Assembly: GCF_036321535.1 (NCBI RefSeq)
Contig: NC_087447.1
Span: forward strand, 37,388,001 to 37,452,000
DNA from: Camelus dromedarius
Lineage: Eukaryota
Reading direction: 5' to 3'
Length of the DNA stretch: 64,000 bases
The translations under genes and the position numbers were made by a program. Shown here piece by piece: positions 36,902-49,925 of the stretch. Positions within the stretch are counted from its first letter, which is position 1. Every line of letters begins with the position of its first letter. A model generated the notes under the pieces. The model searched no databases and was not told where the DNA came from. It saw only the letters and a list, made by a program, of their open reading frames with translations.

Positions 36902-38199
36902 CCCATGAACCCAGAAATCATATGCAAAAACACTGTGCACTGTGATAAATGAGCCAGGCAGCTGGGGAGCCCAGGGAGAAAGGCACTGAAGTTATAGAAT
37001 TCTTTCTCCAGGGGCCAGTCCTATCCTGGTCCACACTCTAAATAATCAGATTGCATTTGCTTAAAAAAAATAGATCAATAATTTGGACCTTCCACAAATT
37101 TCAACTGCTGTTTCCTAGCCAGTCCAAGAAACTGGGGTCTCTTTTTTGTAAACGTTCTTAAAGTCAAAAAATGATACCAGTCAAATGGTTGTGGAGGTTT
37201 GGAACTGAGGACTGAATATAGATCAGGCTTTGTTCTACCTAAAGTGTCTTCTATAATTACTGGTTTGTGTCAAAAAACTCATTTTTGCAGATTGGGAGGG
37301 AAAATGCTTGGGAATTCATAGCCTGAGGCAATGACCAGGGTCTGTGTGGGTTTAGTGTTCTATCTTCTTTCACAACTCCATCCATCTCTTCAGTATTTCC
37401 ATGAAGAAGGCCAACTGGCCTAACTCTGTCACATTCAAAGAACCTATGGATTTTTGTAAAGCAGACAGTTTTTGAAAATGTGTTTCAACTTCTTCAGTTT
37501 TCCATCATTTTTATCACACAAATAATGTAAATTTAAAGAATTATTTTTCACATGGACAGACAAGTAGTTAAAAACCTTCATTAACAAATGCTTTTAGTTT
37601 GTTGATTGTTGGAAAGCAAATCAGGTTAAAGATTTCCATGCAAATTAGATCAATTTGATCAGACATAAAACTACTTAAGATGCATTACCATTGTACTGAT
37701 ATAACTAGGATTAAACATACACACAAACCTGGGAAACAAAAGGGTTGGCTCTAAGTGTCTCTGCCCTGTGGTGGAATTTCTGAGATCCTGATAAGCTGTT
37801 TAAGAAGCTCATTTCAACAGCTAGAAGGGGAAGCTGGTACATGACGTACTGCTGTGGCTCTTTAGACACAGGGGAAAATTTGAAGCTGTCATTTGAAAAC
37901 AGCCTTTTTGAGAAGGGGAAATAATTTTACCCAAGTCTAAAAGCCAACATAAAATATTCATCTTTTTTATTCTGATGGACCGTGGCATCCGAGCAGAAGG
38001 TCCTTTGCTCTGCACATGTCTTGGTCTCACTTCTCAGGAAGACGTGGCTGCAGCACCAGGAAGGGGCAGAATCAACTATGAAAGTCCCAGAGCGTTCAGC
38101 TCCTCACCCCCATCCCACCTCCACCTCGTACCACCCGCCCTGCTCACCACACGCCAACCACTTTGGCTTCTGTGTCCTGTGAATGAGCCAGAAACCTGG

Positions 38200-38590
38200 T
38201 GAATCAGGGTCTTTGCATGTGCTACTTCCCCTTTCTGGAATGTTCTCCTCACTTCTTCCTCTGGCCAACTTCTGCGTATCCTTCAAGTCTTAGTGTAAAA
38301 TGTCACTCCCTCTGGGAAGTTTCCTTCAGTAACACTCCTCCCACCCTACTGCAAATCTCACCAGGCCAAGACGCCCTAATTTACATTCCCAAGGCCCTAC
38401 ATTTGTCCTTCTTGATGTTTAGCCCAATTGAACTTGAAAATTGTTAGTGCGCTGTTGTAATTAATACCTATGTCCCTCGTTTGATTGTAAATGTTATCTG
38501 GCATTGGGTCTACCTTGTTCACCCAGCTTTAATGCCTAATGTGATATCTGCTGCAAAACAGGTGCTCAATAAACATTTGCTGAATTACTG
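38200..38590 (+). mobile_element. L2 3' fragment
   Basis: CAGGGTCTTTGCATGTGCT..CTGGAATG; ATCCTTCAAGTCTTAG..AAATGTCACT; CAGGTGCTCAATAAACATTTGCTGAAT. Confidence 0.8.
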
Positions 38591-39953
38591 AGTGGATTAA
38601 GGCATCTTCCTTGTCCTCTGATTTCTACTGCTAACCTCTGCCCTGTACCTTGGACCTGGAATGCCACTCTAGATGCTTCATGGACTGGTTGTAAGAATTT
38701 TATTCTACCTTACATAGGAAGAGATGTGCCTTACACAAGCCAACTCTAAAGGTTTGCTGAACACCCAAGAAATCCTCAAAGTCAAGCTTGATTCACATTT
38801 GGGAAGATCCTAAGAACCTCTTTGTAGAGGGGACCAGTCCTCTCTTTCCCCCACCTACTTCCTATGTCCATTTCACTCACATGTCAATTTCTATTAAATA
38901 TATAAAGGAAGAGTGAAAAAAGTGAGGATTTCAGGTTCTTTTTGAGTGGAAATGAAGACTTAATGAGAAACAGAATAAAACACATCGCTAAAGTAGTAAA
39001 GCTCAACTGGCTTTTTCACCAAAGTCCTGTCTTCTAGCACATGAACTTGAAGTAATGGGGCCAAAGGGCAGTGGGAAGAAAGAACAACAAAATAAAGAAG
39101 GTACATGAGAGCAGGTGTGTATGTCTCTGAATGCGAGTGCACACATTTCTACCCATGCCTGGATGAAGGTCTGAGGGGGATCCATTCTGTAAGTTTCATA
39201 GCTGAGGAGAAAGGATAGCGTTCCCACCTTTAGTTACAAATATTCTGAGGAAGCCCAGAGATACCATGTGGGTGATGGGAAATGTTGATGGCAGTGACTG
39301 GGTTGAACAGAGAACAGCAATTAAGCTGACAAATTCCTCCCAGCAAACAGCTAGAACATGGAGTTCACTGGAGGGAAAGTAAGCATTCCCAGAAGGCATC
39401 CCAGATGCAAAGCTTGAAAAGCACGAGTGAAAATTCCCAATTTGAGTAAACTCAGAACCCTAGACTTCTAGTGAAAGAAGAATGTCTAACTTCTGTGGAG
39501 TGTCTCACTGTAGGGGAGGTGAGTGTAGAGTGAAGGAAGGTAGTGAGCTACTGGGAGAAAATACATAGACACATATAAACAAGAGAGTGAAAGCCAACAA
39601 AGAAAGAAGCATAAATGGTCTTTAAGTGACTTAACCAGTGTTCCTTATGTTTGGAATCTGGAAGAGAACTAAAGGAGGCCGGTGTCCATGGGAATGAAGA
39701 GAGCACAAAAGGGCAACATGGCCATAAAGTGTGCATGCGTGTGGATACGTGTGTGCATCTGTGAGTATGTTCATACTTACCCTGCAGGTTCACGGGCACG
39801 TATATTTGTGTGTAGGGAAGCTGTATGCATGCGTTGACACCCAAATAGGTATACAGAGTTTTTTTCTAAATATGCATAGGCATGCCTGTACTAAAGGGAA
39901 TAAAACCAAAGCTCAGGATGTCACAGGATTTCTTATACTTTAGAGGTAAAGGC

Positions 39954-40869
39954 TGATAGTGAAAGGGAGCAGGACCCTGTGAGCTCCCCCAACTCTTACT
40001 TCTTGTTTATAGAAAAGCTGAAGTCTCCCCGGCCTCCCTAAGTCATGGAAGAGCAGGCTCCAGCAGTTGATTATGACAAGCCTGCAGGCATTGGGGGGTG
40101 GCAATGACTCTGACCACCCATCTCAATGATTAACTGAGATTATTCCTTCAATTCCCTTTAAAACTTTCATAGCTGAACAGAATCTTCGGAGATCTTCGGG
40201 GAAGGAGGGTGCAGGGGATGCTGAGTACACCAGACTGCAGTCATTCTGGTTAAAAGCAACTTTACTTTTTGTTATCAAGGCTGTTGCTCCCAGAATCACA
40301 CCCATGCCCCTCCCTCAAATAAAAACCAATTACTCTAATCTAAGTCTCAGGAGGCAGCTGCAGAGAAGAAACAAAAACTGGTTTAAACTGACAGAGTCCG
40401 GATGGTGGACTTGACTTCTAGTGAATATTGAGCCTCAGTATATGCTCATTGTAATAAATTAGCATGCTAAATGACCCACCCACCAGTGCCATGATAGTAG
40501 ACAACTGCCATGACAGCAACCAGAAAAGTCCATACAAGGACAGAAAAACTCGAACAAGGACTGATTGGCTCCATCACACCTGGAAGGAGGACATGATGGC
40601 AGAAGCCTCCCACGAAAGTCCACGTGGCATGACCAGGGACACAGCTGTCTCTCCCGCCCATCTTGGCTGGCGGCCCCTTGTTCCAGCATATTTTCCTCGC
40701 TCCAGTGCTTTCCTTTCCTTCTCCTGATTGAGTGCTTTCCTTCCTTTGCCTCTTTTGACAAATGAAAGTAGTTTCCCTCTGTCCCTCTGCCTCAGCTGTG
40801 AATTCTTTCCAGCCAGCAGGCAAGGACCTACACTTTGGTGGGCCTCCTAATTATGGGGTCTCACTATCA
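39954..40869 (+). mobile_element. Probable ERV1-class solo LTR (MER41/MER50-related)
   Basis: TG...CA ends with 9-bp inverted termini TGATAGTGA / TCACTATCA; internal ERV1-LTR-like motifs (TAGAAAAGCTG; CCCTTTAAAACTTTCAT; GCATGCTAAA..CCCACCAGTGCCATGA..TGCCATGACAGCAACC). No clean TSD. Confidence 0.65.
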
Positions 40870-40879
40870 GCTAAGAATA

Positions 40880-41090
40880 ACACTACTGGCCGTCACATGC
40901 TGTTTTCTGCATTGTGATAAGCATTTTATGTCCTTTTTTTCAATTAATCCATAAAGTCCCCTGAGGTTCAAATTAGTATCCTTGTTTTGCAGATAAATCC
41001 TCTTAGGTTCCTGCGGGTCATGTTACGCGACCCCATCACACAACTACTAAGTGGCAGGGTTAGGATTTGAACCTAGATCTCTCTGGCATT
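40880..41090 (-). mobile_element. MIR
   Basis: TTTTGCAGATAAA..; CACACAACTACTAAGTGGCAGGGTTAGGATTTGAACCTAGATCT. Confidence 0.75.
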
Positions 41091-42147
41091 GCAAGTGAGG
41101 ATTATTAGGATCTGAATACCGATTAATGTGCGGCCTCCAGCTCTGCCTCCTGCAGCTTGGCCAAGCACGGACACCAGCCTTCTTTTAAGGTGTTTTGAGA
41201 TGTCCTCACTCTGCCTCTGAAATGGCAGCAGCCTACACCATCCCTCTCCAACCAGAGCAGAGTTTCTCTCCTAGAACAGAAGCTGCTGAGGGCAGGACCT
41301 CCTCTGCTTCATTCCCTACATCCCCCCACAGTGTCCTCCACAGTCCCTGCCACAGAATTAGGATTCAATAAATATTTAGTGAGTGAATGGATGAATGAGT
41401 AAATAGATGGTAACACTGGCCTAAATTATCTAACATATTTTTAAAGAAATCCTATCTACTGTCTTCCAAATACTCAGAACAAGGAGGTAACTTTTACATT
41501 CCTGAGGGGACTTACTTTAATACAGAAAGATGAGCATAATTTGTAATTAGCATATCCAGCACATCAGAAGCAGTAGCATTCCCCTCCAGTCCTCGTCTAT
41601 ACTCTTCGTTGGCTTGGTAAACACTTTTTGCACAATTGGAACAAACAGACTTCCATCCAGACTGCATACAAATGAGCACAACTCCTCCCTTACCAAGGTC
41701 CTACAGGGGTTGTTCTTCACAGTGGACCAGGGGATGTCTTCTCCAGCTCCCCAGGGTCAAGGTCAAGCAAGATTCTTGTCATCAGCTGTCCTGCCTCCAA
41801 CCAGATTAATGGGAATGACTCCAGCCCCTCTGCACATTAGTCAGGGTAAGGATTTCAAAGTTGGGATTTTTCACAAGATAAAACACCTCAGTGTCCTGCT
41901 ATAGGTTCCCATGCTTCCCTGCACCTGGAGAAAATAAGCTGACTGACTGGCCTGGCAGGGACCCCGGCCAGCAGAGGCTGGCTGCATGCTGGGAACCCAG
42001 AGCCCAGCTGGGAGCCCACGCCCTGCCATGTAGGAGTGAGCTCGTGATGCAGGCTGGGGGTTAGTCTTTGCCAGGTGGTGGCGGCCTGAACCCCGCTCTC
42101 TGTGGTCAGAGGGATTAGGCACCAAGAGAAAGGCACCTCTGGGGAGC

Positions 42148-42644
42148 TGGAGGGAATACAAAAACAAAGGGAAAGAAGTCGATCATGAAAAGTAGTGATA
42201 GCTTAAACAAGAGTTCATGAAAGAACAGAGTCCTAATTTCTTCTCAAGAGATATACATAACAATCTGATGCATATCTTCAAGCTGTTCTGCAGGAACTAA
42301 GACCCCACCCAGGTGGAGGATGGTGACTACAGTGGACCACAAGCATGCAGACCCCAGACTGGTTGAAACCAGATTAATGGTTAAGATTCCCAAAGCATAA
42401 CCCTGTTACCTCATCACCAACAAATCAGAAGAAAGTCCATGAGCTACAACCCTCACCCCAAATGTTGCCTTTAAATACCTTTTCCTGAAAGCCATCAGGG
42501 AGTTTGGGTCTTCTGAGCATGAAGTGCCCATTCTCCTTTGTTGGCATCCTGCAATGAACACTGTACTTTCCTTCATCACAACCTGATGTAAGTAGATTGG
42601 CTTTACCAAGCACAGGAAGTAGACCTGAGTTTGGTTATGTAGCA
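42148..42644 (+). mobile_element. ERV1-class LTR fragment (laurasiatherian MER41-like), 5'-truncated
   Basis: AAGCTGTTCTGCAGGAACTAAGACCCCACCCAGGTGGAGG; TTGCCTTTAAATACC..GCCATCAGGGAGTTTGGGTCTT..GAGCATGA; ends GGTTATGTAGCA. Confidence 0.75.
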
Positions 42645-42785
42645 AGATGAGGGCAGAGTCATATGAAGTGAAGCTATTTCACAATACTCTTATAACTATG
42701 TTTTATAGATATATTTATAAATAAATAACATGTATATGACTGTGTCAAACACACAGCAGGCATTCAATTAAGAATTCTTTTTTTT

Positions 42786-43466
42786 AGCAAAAATAAACAA
42801 GTGGAACCTAATTAAACTTAAAAGATTTTTCACGGCAAAGGAAACCATTAAAAAACGAAAAAGACAACCCATGGAATGGGAAAAGATATTTGCAAATAAT
42901 GCAGTTGAAAAGGGGTAAATATCCAAAATATATAAACAGCTCATACAACTCAATATCAAAAAAAAACAAACAACCCAATCAAAAAATGGAACAGAAGCCC
43001 TAAGTGGACATTTCTTCAAAGAAGACATATAGATGGCCAACAGGCACATGAAAAGATGCTCAACATCACTAATTATTAGAGAAAGTCAAATCAAAACTAC
43101 AATGAGGCATCACCTCACACCAGTCAGAATGGCCATCATCAAAAAGTCTATAAATAATAAATGCTGGAGAGGCTGTGGAGAAAAAGGAACCCTCTTATAC
43201 TATTGGTGGTAATGTAAATTGGTGTAGCTACTATAGAAAACAGAATGGAGTTTTTTTTTTTAAAAAACTAAAAATAGAGCTACCATACGATCCAGTAATC
43301 CCACTCCTAGGCATATATCCAGAAAAGATAAAAACTCTACTGAGAAAAGATAATGCACCCCAATGTTCACAGCAGCACTATTTATAATAGTCAAGATATG
43401 GAAACAACCTAAGTGCCCATCAACAGACAACTGGCTTATGTGTGCATATACCTCAGAAGATGCAAT

Positions 43467-43503
<37 letters not shown>

Positions 43504-43556
43504 GGAATACTACTCAGTCATAAAAATAGAATGATATATTGCCATTTGCAGCAACA
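42786..43556 (+). mobile_element. L1 ORF2 C-terminus/3'UTR start, relatively well preserved, contains (AC)15
   Basis: GGAACCTAATTAAACTTAAAAG..CACGGCAAAGGAAACC; CACATGAAAAGATGCTCAACATCACTAAT; ORF 43175 peptide [35 protein letters not shown] is the canonical ORF2 C-terminal motif; frameshifted. Confidence 0.95.
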
Positions 43557-43830
43557 TCAAATCCAAGGAGGGGAATGTGGAAGCCTGTGATTAATAGCTG
43601 GTCAGTAGGAGTGCAGGTGGCAACCTGGGCTTGCTATTGGTGTCTGAAGTGGAAGGCAGTCTTGTGGGACTGAGCCTTTAACCTGTGGAATCTGATGCTA
43701 TCTCCTCATAAATAGTGTCAGAATTAAGTTGAATTGTAGGACACCAAGCTGGTGTCCCAGATTGCTTGGTGGTGTGGGGGAGAGGGAACTCATCTTGCCC
43801 CAACGGTGGAACTGAATCCTCAGAACATTT
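43557..43830 (+). mobile_element. MER21-type LTR 3' part
   Basis: GGCAGTCTTGTGGGACTGAGCCTTTAACCTGTGGAATCTGATGCTATCTCC..ATAGTGTCAGAATT..GTAGGACACC.AGCTGGTGTC matches recalled MER21. Confidence 0.85.
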
Positions 43831-44219
43831 TCCAGCATGAAAGTGGAGATCTGCCAAGGTCATTTAGATGTGAGCTGGGCTCAAGGGTGGGCCAGAAACA
43901 GGTGTGCAATGGTGGTACCTGTTGTACCCATGACTAGGTAAGGGAAAACAGGGAGGGGAAGGCATGTCAAAATGTCGCTAGCATTAAAAACCAGCAAGGC
44001 TGCCTCTAAATGGCTGGATTGTAAGGTCATTGCCCTTCTGAATATGACTTTGACCTCTCAAGCCATGGATATTTACAGATTCCTCAGTTCTCCTATATAA
44101 CTGTCAGACCAGTCTGTACAATGAGGAGGGAATCATGGCAGATGAATCATTTGGAAAAAAAATTAGAGATGGTGGAGCTAAAACCAATCTATTGCTAATT
44201 TTTGTAATAACCTAATGAC

Positions 44220-44390
44220 TGTTATCTTATTTAATCCTCACAACAACCCTGTGAGATACTACTAATATTCCCATTTTATAGAAAAAAAGCCCTGAGGATC
44301 AGAGAAGTTAAGTATTATGTCTGAGATCACACAGTCAGGGAGTAGTGGAGTTGGGGCTTTAAGCCATTTCTGTCTGATCCTATAATGCTT
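44220..44390 (-). mobile_element. MIR
   Basis: ATCTTATTTAATCCTCACAACAACCCTGTGAG..CCCATTTTATAGA..CTGAGG..AGAGAAGTTAAGT. Confidence 0.85.
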
Positions 44391-45484
44391 TCTGCAGAAA
44401 CACATTGAGGGGTGTTGACACAGCTCATGAGCTTTCAGACTTCCACTCCCCACCCCTCCTTCCCCCAGCATCAGAATTAAGCTAGAGCTCTGGAGAGTTT
44501 TAGGAAATCAATAAATCAAGTACTGATTGAGAGTCACCTCTGTACTCAGAGCTAGGTTAGTGCCACAGAGAATTTAAAAGGAAAATACTTTTTCCTCCAT
44601 CGGTTGCTTATATCTAACTGACTAGAAAAGCCTTCACCACAGGCACAGAGTGAAGAACATGGTGCTGGAGGGCACGCTGGTGTTCAGGGAGATGAAGCAA
44701 GAAGGCCTCTGGCAGAGCTGACACAGGAGCTGGGCTCTGACAGGTGACAAATGTGAAGGTTAGATGTGGGCTAAGGCACACATGCAATGATCAGAATGCT
44801 ATGTTGAAGCGGGATGGCAGGGAGGGGACCAGCGGTGCCTAGAACAGAGGCCGGGTAATGGGGCACATGGAGGATGGTAACCCCACAGGAATTTGCAGGT
44901 GTTCCAGGCACTGTAGTTTTGAGAAGTTGTAGCTGACAAGATGCTGTCATAGTCTTGTCTCATTTAATCCTCACCTGAGTCTAGCAAAGCAGTCTTGGTT
45001 ATCCCTACTACAGGTAAGGCTCTCAGTAGTAAACTGACTTGCCCAGAGTCTCCTAGACTCTCATAAAAGCAAACCCTGATGCAAACACCCGTGTCCTGAC
45101 TTCAGATTGTCAGGCCTGTAGGATGAGACCACACAACTTGCAGAAGACTGGGATGCGAGGCACAGGAGAAAAGCTGTAACTGTTGATTTCCTGTGATAAG
45201 TGAGATGCCAAGATCCAAGGAGGGTCAGGATCAAAAATGCTGTCCTGCTGGGGACTGCAGGGGAAAGAAAAGCAAACGTTTTAAAAGAGGAAGGACGATA
45301 AAGAGAAGAAAGAGCAGAAGGATGAAAACAGAAATGGAAGCAGATGGAAAGAGGCAGAAGGTAAAAAGTAGAAGGAGGAGGCAGGGAAGAAGATGCGGAT
45401 GCGATAGTAGTTACTCCTGCACTTAGTGAAACACAGGGAAACCCTTTTCCCCTGCCCTGGAGGGCACGGCGAGATAGAGCATAC

Positions 45485-45503
45485 TCGCCACCAGGTGGCA
45501 CCA
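45485..45503 (+). promoter_or_regulatory. Candidate CTCF binding site
   Basis: TCGCCACCAGGTGGCACCA fits the core CCASYAGRKGGCRS at every position; motif only, no occupancy data. Confidence 0.6.
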
Positions 45504-46045
45504 GTGAGCCTCTGCTCTTTCCCAGAGTGGAGTCTGGAGCAGGCTTGATTTCATTTCCCTGCTGGGAGGGCAAAGAACCCGAGGCACAACTGGAGAAAGC
45601 ACTACCATGTTGGATGAGAGCCTGTACTTAAATCTCTCCACCCTGCATGCTACATGATTCCACAAGCCAAGGGAAGAAACCAACCTGCTCAAAGCAGAGT
45701 TCTGACTTCCTCCTGACAATCATGTGACCTTAGGTAAACTACCTCAACTCTTAGAGCCTTGGTTTCCTCATCTATAAACCTGACTTATATGTGAAAAAGC
45801 TTAGATGCAAGAAATAAAAAAGTGTATTCCAAGTACTAGATGTGTTTCAAGGATGCTTGTGGGGAAGATGAGACCAAAGAGGCAGGGAGCAGACCAGTTT
45901 TTATAAAGCCGTTTTTAAAGAGTTTTTAAGGGAAATGGGGAGACATTAAAAGATTTTAACCAGAGATGTGGAAATAGAGTATGGAAGAGTCCTAGGGCCT
46001 TGAGGAAGAGCATAGGAGAAGGGTGGGAGGTTGGAAAGCATCCAG

Positions 46046-46046
<1 letters not shown>

Positions 46047-46088
<42 letters not shown>
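46047..46088. repeat. (AC)21 microsatellite
   Basis: Perfect run read directly. Confidence 0.97.
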
Positions 46089-46091
<3 letters not shown>

Positions 46092-49000
46092 TGCACACAC
46101 ATGGTTATTTAAGTAACACTGAGGGAGCAGGAAGAAAAGAGTTTAAAAAGGAAAGAATGCTTAAGAGTCATGGGCTGCAGACTAAGCACCAACTAGATTT
46201 GGTTCTGGCCTAGGACCACTCCTCCACTAAGCCTTGTCTCTCAACGTAAAGTAAGACTTGGTCCTAATATGGTGCTAAGTGTGAAGTCGGCGTTCACCCC
46301 ACTCCCCTCCAGGTCACTGAATGAGGAATCGCTTCGTGGTGAAGACATTCTGACTCTCTGAAGGCATTTTGAAGATGATTTGTTTGAACCCACCCATCAC
46401 TTCAACAAAGCCCCCTCACCAACTTCCTCTCCCAAATGTGACATTTGGGGGCTGAAATCTGACTGCACATTAGACCTTTGGATTAAAGTATAAATAAATG
46501 TTTTTTGCACTTTAAAAATAAAAATATTTTTAACTCCTAATAGGCATCATGCAACATATAAAATACAACAGGTGTATTCACATCTGTACAGGGAAATATC
46601 CACCTAAATAAAAGATGCTTTCTACTGAGAAAAAGAATTCCTTCCTCAGATAATGTCTTTGTTCAATTAAAGGTTTCCCCTCTGCTGACTCTAAGCTACT
46701 TCACTTTAGGTTCCTATGAAATCTTGTGAGCCTTTCAACATTTTCTGTCAGAGTCTCCAAGCTCTTTCCTGAGCCCTGTGGTTTCTCAAGGGGACCCCAC
46801 TCCAAGGCTGCAGACTGAGTTCTGAGTTGGAAGGAAAGGTGGCTTCACTCTGAGGTGGGCAAGCTCCTGGCCTGGGATGAGGCTGAGGAAGACCAAGGAG
46901 ACCCAGGATGTGGAAATTCAGAACAGCTTCCTGCACAGCCAGTGGCATTCGGGCACCCCCACAAGTGGCTGGATGTGCTCTGCTTGGGAAAGTTGACATG
47001 TCTCCTAAGGGCTCAAGCTCATCTTGTCACGACTGGGAAGATCACCTTTCCTTCTGGCATCAGAACTTTCCATGACATGATGTGGTGGAAAGTGCATGGA
47101 ACTTGAGTCAAGACTCTCTGGGATTAAAGTCTTTGTCTCAGAACAGCTATGTTGATTTTGGCCAAAACCTCCTTCTGAGAAGGCACTGGTCTCTTTGTGT
47201 TTAAAATGAAGGATTAAGGCTAATTCAGATCATTTCCATTTTTTTTTTTAACACCTAGAACATCTTATTCTCACCAGCCCCCACTAAAGCTTATGTTTCA
47301 GAATTTTTGTTTGCAAATTAAGTGCACCAATTATGTAATAATGTATTTTTAGTTTTATAAATCAATGGTTGCTAAAACTGGGTCCATTTAATTTGGATAT
47401 TGGGATGATATTCTCCTGTGATTCAACACATGAGAGGTCTATGATGACCCATCAGTCAGTCAGAAACTTTGGTTAGTATGAGACAACCAGATGGCCACAT
47501 TCATGGCATGTCTTTAAGTGTCAAAGTCAAAATCAAGTCTCCACAATGACTGTTTCTCAGTTGAATGGATAAAGGGATGAATGAATGAATGAATGAATGA
47601 ACAATGGAACAAATGAAGTAAACCTTGTGGACTTGAAACCAGAACATGAGCCAGAGGTCCCATCTCTATCTCTGTTCTTGTCTGGATGGGCCCAGGGAGG
47701 CTCTGCTGGGAACCAAGAGCCCATGGCTGTGTGGCCCCATAGGGTAGCTCTTTGCTTCTGGAAGTTTGTTCCATTCCACAAGCCATCCTGGTCCCTGTCT
47801 CTACTTCTTAGCCTCAGATTCGTTATTCTCAAAATTCTATGCCTTTGCCTTCCTCCCCAGCATCTCTGAAGGAGAGCTGCTGTCCTCCTCTTTCTGTGTC
47901 CCTCTCCTCCCATCTCTTGGCCTTCACCCCTCCTGTGACTATCCATCTTGCAAGTCCAAGCATCGTGAGCTCCTTTGAAGAACGAGCGCGTGGCTGCAGT
48001 TGTGTCCCAGGTGATGTCAACTCATTATTCTCTCTCACGTTATTAGTGCTTGGGCTCCAGTCGATGCATCTCTGATTAATGTGGCATTTGTTCTGCACCA
48101 CAAAACAATTGAAGAATACCCTTCTCATTCCAGTGAGTTGTGTCACAGAGTTAATGATGAGGTGACCTTCCCTGGCTCCAGGCAGAGGAGACCAGGTGTC
48201 CAAGCCTCACCTGACAATTGTCTTCCTGTGATCTTGGCCAAAGGAGACAAAGACTTAGAGGCGTATGCAAGGGGGCATCTGAGAGCCGAGTCTGATGTTC
48301 AGAGCTGCAGCTCTAACACTGCTGCACCCTCTCTGCCCTGGAATCAGAATCCAGTGCCTGTTTCTCTGTCCCTTCACTTCCTTGTCATCCCTTCCAGTGT
48401 CAGGCAGCATGCTAAAGGAGAAGCCTTATCTTCTGACAGATCTAGATTCACACCTGTGTGTCCTGGGGGCCGTCACTTGAGGTCTCTGAGTGTCTACCCT
48501 GGTAGAAAGGAGGAGACGACGCCCACCACACAAGCCTTGCTACCAGGTTTGCGGAGATGATGCAGCAGTGAGGAAGGCAGAACCTGGCACAGAACAGGGT
48601 GCAGTCACTAGTAGTTCTCTTCTCCTGCTGTTCCTTCTTCTCTTTGGACCTGGCTGAGAGCTCTCGTGGCAGGGAAATTGCCTTAGTTTCTCTGTTCTGA
48701 GCCAAGAAGCCAGGAGACTGCAGTCTAAGAAGATCCACAAAAGGAGGGCCAGGTATCTGTGACGGGTATCTGTGAGGTCCTGTCTCAGGAGCTGCAGCAC
48801 CAAGAGAACATCTCAGAAGTGCCTGCCCTTTGAGGGCTGCAGGACTGTGGCTCCTGAGTGCTTGCAGAAAGGAGGCTCCATTCTGAGCTTTAGAGAGTCC
48901 TCTGAACATGGTTTGGCCAAAGATCAGTAAGCTCCATGCTCTTGGAATACCTGAGCTCAGGGGAAGGGTGGAGAGGGTATTTTGGGGGTTGGGTTCTAGG

Positions 49001-49759
49001 GCGGCAGGATCAGCCTTGCAGAGAAGACCCAACATCATGTTCATTGGGACTACTGCTCAGTGAGGAATGCTCTAGAACCCTTTCCTTTCATAACATGGGC
49101 TCAGGGAACCAATGTTAGTAAATCCTCTAAGCACCAGGCAGTGTTCACTTCACCCTTACAGCAACCCCATGTTCTGTCTTGTAGGGCAATTTCCCTCATT
49201 TTGCAGAAGTTAAGTAAAGTTAAGTGATCTGCCTAGGTCACACAGCAGTCACGCCAGGATCTAAGCTCTGCAACTCTTAGAACCCTTTGAGCTACACACC
49301 CCTCAGGGACCCCATCACCTCAGTTCTAATGATGCTGTAAATCCCCCCTCCTGCATCCTGATCCACCAGTGTCAAAGAGTTCTCTGCCTTCCCCCTGCAT
49401 TTCTACTATGCAGAAATACCAGGAGCTACATGAAAAATTGTACCTATGGAACAATGTGGCCAGAAGCCTCAAAGAACCTATGATTATTGAGGTAAATCAC
49501 AGGTGCAGACAGAGTACAAAGTACTAGGCATGGGCGGAATTGCAGAACAATGATTCCAAGACTAACCAGTGAGAGCATCTGCATGTCCATGCTGAGATAA
49601 GGGAGGCTGGGAAATGGGAAGAGGGGCTGAAAGGCCAAATTGGAAGGACTAGGGGTGAGGATGGGGTGTTTCCCTACTTGTCCAAGTTCAAAGAACGGCA
49701 ATTCTCAATGAGCTGGGGCTCAGTCTCCAGGGAAGACAGAATCTCTGCCCTCCTCCCCC

Positions 49760-49925
49760 CTCTACTAGCTGTGTAGTCTAGATAAGTTATTTAACTTCTT
49801 TAAGCACTGGCTTCTCCATTTGTGAAACAGAGTTGATTCTGATTTCTATCTAGTCATCAGGATTCAAAGACATCTTGTCTTGAAGTGCTTAGCACAGAAC
49901 CTGGTACACAGGAAGAACCCAATAT
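49760..49925 (+). mobile_element. MIR
   Basis: TACTAGCTGTGT..AAGTTATTTAACTTCT..TTCTCCATTTGTGAAA..AAGTGCTTAGCACAGAACCTGGTACACAG. Confidence 0.75.

Noticed and set aside
42768..43590. ORFs with L1 ORF2-like or hydrophobic peptides
   Set aside because: Sense and antisense translations of a frameshifted L1 fragment, not host genes. The same applies to ORFs at 29662, 54432, 54556 and 57405.
48081..49044. 159-aa and 198-aa ORFs in a GC-richer stretch
   Set aside because: No recognisable protein family, overlapping ORFs on both strands and no supported splice structure; expected in moderately GC-rich non-coding DNA.
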